Part shown: positions 16,073-22,444 of the stretch, one piece after another
Layout of the letters: every line of letters begins with the position of its first letter
How positions within the stretch are numbered: the stretch's first letter is position 1
Virus record (IMG/VR): IMGVR_UViG_3300027125_000001
DNA: 22,444 nt
DNA from: a virus
Lineage: Duplodnaviria > Heunggongvirae > Uroviricota > Caudoviricetes
Reading direction: 5' to 3' (one strand)
The notes under the pieces: model-generated
The model's input: the letters and a program-made list of their open reading frames with translations, nothing else
Databases searched by the model: none
Told to the model about the DNA's origin: nothing
Translations under genes and position numbers: made by a program

Positions 16073-17812
16073 ATGGACGATGAATTACTCATAGAACAGA
16101 TAAAAGCACAATTATACACCAAAACAGGTAACATTAATAGTGCTGTGCTAAGACAACCCGGGTTTGATTCTAGTGAATTGTATCAAAGTATAAAAGAAAA
16201 GACCAAATTTCTAGACGAGCAAGCATGCTGTTCTGAACGAATTTACTGTATCGTCAATAAGACCACATCTCAGCAAAGATGTAAAGCTTGCAATAAGCCA
16301 TTAAAATGGAAGGGGTATAAAAACAAACCATATTCAAAAACTTGCTCAAACAACATTTGCAAGAGAGCATCTACAAAATGGAAATCATGCAAAGACGGAA
16401 AGATTAACACAGAGAAGAATAAAAAAAATGGATTTGTTGAAATTTTAAATTCAAATCATGAATTAGTATCACATGATGCTTTAATGGCGTTCTGCCTCGA
16501 AAGGCTTCAGCAACCTAATTCAACATTTAATACAGCGTTGCTAAGAACACATAGTACGCATCTATCTACTCTGCTAAAAATCGGATATATTAAGTATGGA
16601 GATGATATAAAATGGTCACAAGTATTTTATAACTTTATACATAACATACACACACCACCAAAATGCCATAAATGTGGTAATCACCTTAACTTCCGAAATA
16701 GCAAATTTGGCTATTCATCATGCCATGCAAAAAGATGCTCCCAGCAACTTGTAGCAGAGTCCAAAAAGAAAAATCGCATTAAATTAGTGACCGAACATTT
16801 TTTAGACAATGGCTACGAATTGATTACCAACCACGGCATAAACGAAGGAAAACATCACATTAAGCACCAGACATGTGGCCACGAATTTACCAGATCCATA
16901 TCGAGTGGTCAGTGGCAAAACACACTTATATGCCCTCAATGCAATCCTCGATCAAGTGCATTCGAATTAGAGGTATATCAATACATAAAAACCCTTGGGT
17001 TGGAGTGTATTAATAATTCAAGAGACGTTATACCACCAAAAGAAATAGACATATTTATTCCATCAAAAAACATAGCAATCGAATGCAATGGCATATATTG
17101 GCACAATGAATCAAATGGAAAAGACAAAAATTACCATCGTAATAAATATATGGAATGCAAAGCTAAAAACATTCAATTAATCCAGATATGGGAATCTGAA
17201 TGGCAAACAAAGCAACAAATTGTCAAATCTATTATAGATAGTAAATTGGGTATTTCGAAAAGGATATTTGGCAGAAAGTGCACCATCCACCAAATAACTG
17301 ATAGACATGAGAAGGTCAAATTCCTAGACGAGAACCATATACAAGGAAACGATAATAGCCAAATTTCTTATGGGCTATACCATGACAGTCAATTGGTATC
17401 TATGATGACTTTTGGTCATCGTAAAATTGTCAAAGGTGATTACAGTGATTGGGAGATGATTCGGTTTTGTAATAAATTAAACCACACTGTCATTGGTGGT
17501 GCTTCGAGGCTTCTAAAATATTTCATTAATACACACAACCCACAAAACATCATCACTTATGCCGACTTGAGATATTCGAATGGTGATCTATACCACAAAT
17601 TAGGATTCAAACATAAGCATGACAGCAAACCAGGTTATTGGTATGTCATCAACAATACACTCAAACACCGCAGTGGATTTATGAAACATAGATTACACAA
17701 GGTCTTAAAAGAATATGATGAGAATCTATCGGAGTATCAAAACATGTTGAATAATGGATTTGACAGAATTTGGGATTGTGGTCATGCAGTTTTTGTATAC
17801 AAAGATAGATAA
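16073..17812 (+). mobile_element. Free-standing homing-endonuclease-like gene: Zn-finger repeats + PD-(D/E)XK (Vsr/DUF559-like) nuclease + Mom-like GNAT domain
   Basis: CKACNK/CHKCGN repeats, HQTCGHEF...CPQCNP, KEIDIFIPSKNIAIECNGIYWH...NIQLIQIWESEW nuclease core, then EMIRFC...GGASRLLKYF...IITYADLRYSNGDLYHKLGF; inserted between sheath and tube genes. Confidence 0.75.
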
Positions 17813-17815
17813 GTA
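17808..17815 (+). promoter_or_regulatory. Late-type motif GATAAGTA
   Basis: Overlaps the TAA stop of the nuclease gene; 11 nt before ATG 17827. Confidence 0.5.
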
Positions 17816-17826
17816 CATTCAAACCT

Positions 17827-18177
17827 ATGAGTAATAAACTAGATGAAATTTACGGCGCTAGAGTATTTGGCAAACCTTCTATTCACATGGATCCGTTTGA
17901 AGCACCACCAGCGTCAAGAGCAGCAAAACTGACTGAGAGAGAAGCAGTCATCAATACATATTTGCCAGAGAGAATGCATGTCAAAACAGCATCTAATACC
18001 CCCCAAGCCTCACAGAAAACATCATTGAGAGAAAAGTATCAAAAAAATCAAAATACAGACTCAAGTATGATTATGTTCCTTGAAGGCTATTTTAAAACAA
18101 ATAGAATGGACCAATTCAACGCAGTCGAAGAGATTTTGGAAGATATGTATGCGTTCCTAAAAGAAAATCAAGGTTAA
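17827..18177 (+). CDS. Hypothetical late protein
   Basis: 116-aa ORF between nuclease and tube gene, with its own late motif. Confidence 0.7.
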   Translation: MSNKLDEIYGARVFGKPSIHMDPFEAPPASRAAKLTEREAVINTYLPERMHVKTASNTPQASQKTSLREKYQKNQNTDSSMIMFLEGYFKTNRMDQFNAVEEILEDMYAFLKENQG

Positions 18178-18179
18178 AT

Positions 18180-18187
18180 CATAAGTA
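18180..18187 (+). promoter_or_regulatory. Late-type motif CATAAGTA upstream of tail tube
   Basis: 5 nt before ATG 18193. Confidence 0.55.
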
Positions 18188-18192
18188 TTTTT

Positions 18193-18834
18193 ATGGCACA
18201 AGGTATTCAAGACTACTACGACACAATCCAAAGAAAGGGATTTCAGCGAAGAAATCTCTTCCGCATTGCTGCGATCAATGGAGATGGCATTTTATCTAAA
18301 CTGGCGGCAGAGTTAACGTCTCTAGATGGTGGCATTTCAAACGCATATCTAACGACAGCCACAGTGCCAGGCCGGACTATCCAAAACGTTACCGCACCAT
18401 TTATGGGATTGGATTTTAATGTACCAGGCAACGCCAAATATGATAACAGCAACAACTGGCAAGTTACATTCAGATTGCCTGGTGATCTTTCAATTCGAAA
18501 CGCATTCGAGCAAATGAGCTACGATATCTTCGATGATGGAACATCCACGGGCTGCTATGGAGTGCCTAATAGCAGAAATATCATTACGCTAGCCTTGTTA
18601 AACATTAAGGGAGAAGCAGTAAGATACTATGATTTGATTGGTGTATATCCAGTAGCGTTTAATGGATTGTCATTTGAATTGACCGGCAATGCCGAAGTCA
18701 TGACATTCAATGCAACATTGGCATATCAATACTACCGTATCAATAAATCCAAAGTTCCTGGGGCACAAGTCATTACAGATTTCGACAGAACGACTGGCCT
18801 TACACCTGCTCTTGGTGCTGGAAACGCCTGCTAA
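18193..18834 (+). CDS. gp19: Tail tube protein, T4 gp19-like
   Basis: FQRRNLFRI...TATVPGRTI...PFMGL.FNVPGNAKY...WQVTF...IRNAFEQ...LLNIKGEAVRYYDLIGVYPV...L.FE....VMTFNATLAYQYY. Confidence 0.9.
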   Translation: MAQGIQDYYDTIQRKGFQRRNLFRIAAINGDGILSKLAAELTSLDGGISNAYLTTATVPGRTIQNVTAPFMGLDFNVPGNAKYDNSNNWQVTFRLPGDLSIRNAFEQMSYDIFDDGTSTGCYGVPNSRNIITLALLNIKGEAVRYYDLIGVYPVAFNGLSFELTGNAEVMTFNATLAYQYYRINKSKVPGAQVITDFDRTTGLTPALGAGNAC

Positions 18835-18847
18835 TACTCAACCTCAA

Positions 18848-19093
18848 TTAATACCCGTCACCACCTAAGGGCGTAGTCATCTCACGGACTACGCCCTTTA
18901 TTCTATCAAAAATCGCCTCCGCCTCTTGGATGGATTTAAATTTGATGGTTTTGCCGTTCGTAAATCGATAGACAATTTCTTGTGTCTCTCTATCGAGACG
19001 GATATTTTGTATGATAAATACCCCAGGCGAAAATCCCAAGGATGAATATCGTTCGTTCAACACTTCAAGCTTTTCACCAGGAATATAATTCAT
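18848..19093 (-). CDS. Hypothetical protein
   Basis: 81-aa ORF with ATGA overlap with the upstream gene. Confidence 0.65.
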   Translation of the reverse strand: MNYIPGEKLEVLNERYSSLGFSPGVFIIQNIRLDRETQEIVYRFTNGKTIKFKSIQEAEAIFDRIKGVVREMTTPLGGDGY

Positions 19094-19362
19094 GCAGTCA
19101 AACGAGATGCGTATGGTCGGATTTTATTGGCGTTGCCAGATCCCATAATTTCAAAATAAATATCCCCGCTTATATCATCAATATAATCTTGAATGTCGTT
19201 TGGCGATAAATCAACAAGATCTTCGTGAACTCCTAATTTATCGGCTTTATCAAAAATGACATTTACTGAACGGATCAGCGCGAGCCATCGTGAAACGACG
19301 TGCACATCTTGATCTTCAAACTTATTCGGTTTCGGCCTTTGGTATTTGCGGAGTTTTTTCAT
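19090..19362 (-). CDS. Hypothetical protein
   Basis: 90-aa ORF in a tightly packed minus-strand run. Confidence 0.65.
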   Translation of the reverse strand: MKKLRKYQRPKPNKFEDQDVHVVSRWLALIRSVNVIFDKADKLGVHEDLVDLSPNDIQDYIDDISGDIYFEIMGSGNANKIRPYASRLTA

Positions 19363-19765
19363 AGATTTTTAAAATTATTTGTTTGATAAAAGGAATGTTG
19401 TTAACTAATATGCCTGTTAAATTGTTATTTTCAACTATAAAAGTATAATTTTGTATATACGATTCTCTAAGATATTTGTCGATGGTTTCTTTAAATTTTT
19501 GTATGCATTGAGGAAATGGCAATCCGTATTTTGTAGTGTCGTATTTGTGTTTCTCTTTTGAGATTTTATGCATCAACTGCACATAATCACTCGATCTCTC
19601 GAGCATGTATTTGAATTTTTCCTGGCGTTGATTTTTCTGACATTCACCGCAAATAAAATTTGCACGTAATAGCTCTCTAGCACCATACTCAATAGTAGCC
19701 TGTTTCCAGCTTATTTGCGATCTTTGTTTGTATTTGTGGCATTTAATACATTTGCACGTGAGCAT
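19322..19765 (-). CDS. Hypothetical Zn-binding protein
   Basis: CKCIKC at the N-terminus and CGEC about 35 aa later. Confidence 0.65.
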   Translation of the reverse strand: MLTCKCIKCHKYKQRSQISWKQATIEYGARELLRANFICGECQKNQRQEKFKYMLERSSDYVQLMHKISKEKHKYDTTKYGLPFPQCIQKFKETIDKYLRESYIQNYTFIVENNNLTGILVNNIPFIKQIILKIYEKTPQIPKAETE

Positions 19766-19768
19766 ATA

Positions 19769-20122
19769 TTATTTTATTAAGCCAGAAATAAATCCTCCAA
19801 TATACGAGATTATTTGATTCTTTTTGTGGTCGTCAATTTTTGCAGCGGATACTATTTCATCAATAACCATAGGATCTGCATTTGTGAACATCGAATGCAA
19901 TAATGTCTTTAACGACGAGCCAAGGTCTCTCGCATCTAATATTTGCTTACTCAACATCTCACCCACAGTATAGCAGTCTTTATCAAAGCAGGTAAGCTCT
20001 ACTAGATGTTTTTTGGTTCTATCTGCAGGCGTTTCGTCGATCAAAGAAGATTTAAAAATATCCATTGAACGAAGCATTTCGCTATATTTTGATGTATCGA
20101 TGTTACTGTATTGAGGATTCAT
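19769..20122 (-). CDS. Hypothetical helical protein
   Basis: 117-aa ORF overlapping the upstream gene end. Confidence 0.65.
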   Translation of the reverse strand: MNPQYSNIDTSKYSEMLRSMDIFKSSLIDETPADRTKKHLVELTCFDKDCYTVGEMLSKQILDARDLGSSLKTLLHSMFTNADPMVIDEIVSAAKIDDHKKNQIISYIGGFISGLIK

Positions 20123-20513
20123 GATTAGTCAATAAAGTATCTACTGGTACGATCTTGCGAGCAGCATAAAATTTACCGTAAATGGCATTTATATTTTTGC
20201 AATGCACACATTCGTATTCTTCTTCATACACATTATAATCAATGATACTGGGCTTTTTGCAGAACGCACACTCAATATTCATTTTGATTGTTGGTGATGG
20301 CATTGTATCAACTAATTCTTGAATTCTTGAGGAACGAAAGAGATCCGCATACCATTTAACAGTGATCTGCAAGACTATCGCGATTGCCGTCGCAATACTG
20401 AATTTTAACAGACTCCAGTCAAAGAATAAGGAGAATACACCAGATATACTCGACCCCACTACGACCAGCAATAGAATCGATTTAAAGAGAGGTACAAAAA
20501 ATGAACTAAACAT
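20103..20513 (-). CDS. Membrane protein (two TM segments) with C-terminal Zn ribbon
   Basis: Hydrophobic ILLLVVVGSSISGVFSLFF and FSIATAIAIVLQITV, then ECAFCKK...ECVHCKN. Start taken at MFSSFF (20513). Confidence 0.7.
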   Translation of the reverse strand: MFSSFFVPLFKSILLLVVVGSSISGVFSLFFDWSLLKFSIATAIAIVLQITVKWYADLFRSSRIQELVDTMPSPTIKMNIECAFCKKPSIIDYNVYEEEYECVHCKNINAIYGKFYAARKIVPVDTLLTNHESSIQ

Positions 20514-20694
20514 TTTCTTTTTGGGTTTTAATGCGTTCAGCAACTTCTGCAGTTTGCTCTTTGATTTTCTGAATCAATTGTTTTTCAAATAGTGCTTCAC
20601 TATCATAGTGCAACGCTAGAATCTCTGATATGTGCAATTTTAAATTGCAGGCATAAAGATTATAATCGTTAATTGGATACGTACGTATTTCCAT
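20506..20694 (-). CDS. Small hypothetical protein
   Basis: MEIRTYP... starts 1 nt after the exonuclease stop (TAA T ATG). Confidence 0.6.
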   Translation of the reverse strand: MEIRTYPINDYNLYACNLKLHISEILALHYDSEALFEKQLIQKIKEQTAEVAERIKTQKENV

Positions 20695-20695
20695 A

Positions 20696-21586
20696 TTATG
20701 AAAACCATTGTGCCATGACGTCACTCAATTTCGATGTAAATGGATTAAGCCAGTAGTGACTATCATTGGCAAGTTTGGTCATTTCTAATTTATTCGCGAG
20801 TTCGACAAATTTCACCGGATCCTGTGTAGTATTTAACCAAGCATATTGATCTTCATACGATTTCATCTCGTCTGGCTCTGAAGACCACCCCATACCCAAA
20901 TCCATGATTTTTCGATTAGTGAGAATGACTTCAATCTGATGAGCATCGCAAACACTACTCAAATTATCAAAGCCACCAATCTCCACAGCTAATTTCTTTG
21001 ATTTCTTTTCACCATACCTATCGAGCCCTTTGATGTTATCGGAAGGATCCCCTAAAATACATTTATACAATACAAATTGTTCGATAGGAAGTCCTACTTC
21101 ATTTTCAAAATTCAAATGTGTGTATGTTTTCTTCTGGTATGGATTAAAAACACTAACCCGTTCATTTACTAACTGCAAAAGATCTTTATCACCGGAAATG
21201 ACTGTGATCGCGCCAGATTCTTTTTGGCAAAGCCATGCAATAACATCGTCCGCCTCCATTCGATATGGATATATAGAAGGAACGCCCATATATTTAAGAA
21301 ACTCAATAATATATGAAACGGTATGATACACTGCCGTGTTGTCGCTTCGATTCTGCTTGTAATTATCATTCAACTCACTGCGGAACGAAGGTCTTGCTGG
21401 ATCATAATCAAGCTTCTGGTCCCATGTAACGATGACATCCTTGGTATCATATCCAATAGCATACGACCGAATCATTTTCAAACTCTGTGCGATTGCAGCA
21501 ATATTCACGCCGTCACTATTCCGAAATTCAGGAATCGCAAAGCTCGCTCGAAATAATAGATTGTTTCCGTCGATGATAATCTTCAT
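20696..21586 (-). CDS. rnh: 5'-3' exonuclease / T4 RNase H-like flap endonuclease
   Basis: IIDGNNLLFRA, VTWDQK, FRSELNDNYKQNR, MEADDVIA, VISGDKDLLQLV, ILGDPSDNIKGL..YGEKKS (helix-3-turn-helix). Confidence 0.93.
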   Translation of the reverse strand: MKIIIDGNNLLFRASFAIPEFRNSDGVNIAAIAQSLKMIRSYAIGYDTKDVIVTWDQKLDYDPARPSFRSELNDNYKQNRSDNTAVYHTVSYIIEFLKYMGVPSIYPYRMEADDVIAWLCQKESGAITVISGDKDLLQLVNERVSVFNPYQKKTYTHLNFENEVGLPIEQFVLYKCILGDPSDNIKGLDRYGEKKSKKLAVEIGGFDNLSSVCDAHQIEVILTNRKIMDLGMGWSSEPDEMKSYEDQYAWLNTTQDPVKFVELANKLEMTKLANDSHYWLNPFTSKLSDVMAQWFS

Positions 21587-21860
21587 ATGCTTGTTTGAAT
21601 GGTTCTAATTTGTCACCAGAATATGACTTCTGTAGATCTGTGATATCACTTTGCGGCAGGGTTGCAATATACTCAACTTGTTTTTGTGCAATGCTAGCTA
21701 AAAATTCTGTTTTAGACACAACAGCTTTGGAATAGGTTGGGTAAATCAGTAATGTCAAACTCAGCTCAGATTCATCAAGGATAATAAAGAATCTTTCTAT
21801 GTAGGTTGCTTTATACAGGCAACCAATTTTGTCGGATTTCGTCTGCGATTGGTGTGACAT
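21528..21860 (-). CDS. Hypothetical protein
   Basis: 110-aa ORF filling the gap between kinase and exonuclease; overlaps both neighbours. Confidence 0.55.
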   Translation of the reverse strand: MSHQSQTKSDKIGCLYKATYIERFFIILDESELSLTLLIYPTYSKAVVSKTEFLASIAQKQVEYIATLPQSDITDLQKSYSGDKLEPFKQAYEDYHRRKQSIISSELCDS

Positions 21861-22444
21861 AATTTTTAAGGTTAAGATCTGGAGTGGTTGGCCAGCTAAT
21901 GCATATATCTGCTCGATTCATCAATTTAGGGATTTGTTCCTTTTCAGTCTCATTGATAAAGGAAATTGGCATTTTGTTTCCATCAACAAGATCGTATCGA
22001 TCGATATAGATTAATTTACCATTATGCCTCTGCTGCAACCAATTAACTTCGTCATTTTCATATTCTTGAAAACGAATATCTGTAATACACAAAATTAACG
22101 GTTTTGTCGAATCGATGGGATTCGTTTGCGACCCTATAATTCGTTCCGAATCATAGTATTTCGAACGATTTACAGACTGAGTGACGGTGTGCTCGATTTG
22201 TTTATCAATTATATCTAAGAAATAAGTGCCCTTTGATTTGCTGCGAACTAGGTTGGCATATTCCACCATTAGCGGCCGGATTTCCTCTTTTTCCGCAGGC
22301 GTAAAGTTAAAAACATTAAGATTGTTACTAGCAAAGTACCCAAGATGATTTATGTCGATACGAATATAATCACCAATCGAGACTCTCCGCACTTGGTATT
22401 CCGGTAAAGAATTTTTCAATATTTCGTAAAAAGTATCTTTACCT
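21811..22444 (-). CDS. Deoxynucleoside monophosphate kinase-like P-loop kinase (5'-truncated by the window edge)
   Basis: The frame stays open upstream of the track's TTG, adding ...GKDTFYEI (Walker A tail); RVSIGDYIRIDI, EIRPLMVEYANLVR and ITDIRFQEYENDEVNWL...GKLIYIDR match the recalled dNMP-kinase pattern (GKDT; R.AFAD.LK; R.LLQ..G...R; ITDVRF.NE...G..I.I.R). Confidence 0.75.
   Translation of the reverse strand, partial: GKDTFYEILKNSLPEYQVRRVSIGDYIRIDINHLGYFASNNLNVFNFTPAEKEEIRPLMVEYANLVRSKSKGTYFLDIIDKQIEHTVTQSVNRSKYYDSERIIGSQTNPIDSTKPLILCITDIRFQEYENDEVNWLQQRHNGKLIYIDRYDLVDGNKMPISFINETEKEQIPKLMNRADICISWPTTPDLNLKNYVTPIADEIRQNWLPV

Noticed and set aside
1667-21556. Remaining short track ORFs antisense to or nested in called genes (e.g. 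5251-5616, 9514-9987, 11018-11347, 11594-11962, 15609-15824, 21030-21326)
   Set aside because: They lie within well-supported genes, have no motifs or start context, and are expected from codon-structure shadows.
1-22444. Stop-codon reassignment
   Set aside because: Core genes (primase, terminase, sheath, tube, rnh) are full length in the standard code, and TAA, TAG and TGA all end genes.
1-22444. tRNA, rRNA, CRISPR array, integrase or IS element
   Set aside because: No cloverleaf, repeat-spacer periodicity, recombinase or transposase motifs seen; intergenic gaps are all under about 90 nt.

Overview
AT-rich, gene-dense segment of a large T4-like (myovirus-type) tailed-phage genome in the standard genetic code; the host cannot be determined from this window. 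Left to right: a minus-strand baseplate/tail block (a hub/tape-measure-like ORF running off the left edge, two gp26-like paralogues, a tube-fold gene), a gp61-type primase, then a plus-strand operon QueC - GT-A glycosyltransferase - class II glutamine amidotransferase - DenV-like glycosylase - DUF366 (biotin/lipoate-ligase fold) - gp62-like clamp-loader subunit - GroES - WYL-like - unknown. Next come the large terminase, a gp3-like tail completion gene, tail sheath, a free-standing Zn-finger/PD-(D/E)XK nuclease with a Mom-like GNAT C-terminus, and tail tube. A minus-strand block of small unknown ORFs, a T4 RNase H-like 5'-3' exonuclease and a dNMP-kinase-like ORF truncated by the right edge end the window. 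Best candidate for an undescribed system: the QueC/GT/GATase/DenV-like/DUF366 cassette, a possible glycosylated or acylated deazaguanine-type (or other amidation-based) modification pathway. Second: the nuclease-Mom fusion. Two promoter classes are readable: sigma70-like boxes for early genes and an RTAA(A/G)TA late motif 4-13 nt before structural-gene ATGs, with evidence for leaderless or SD-less initiation. All family calls are by-eye motif recognition; no database search was run.
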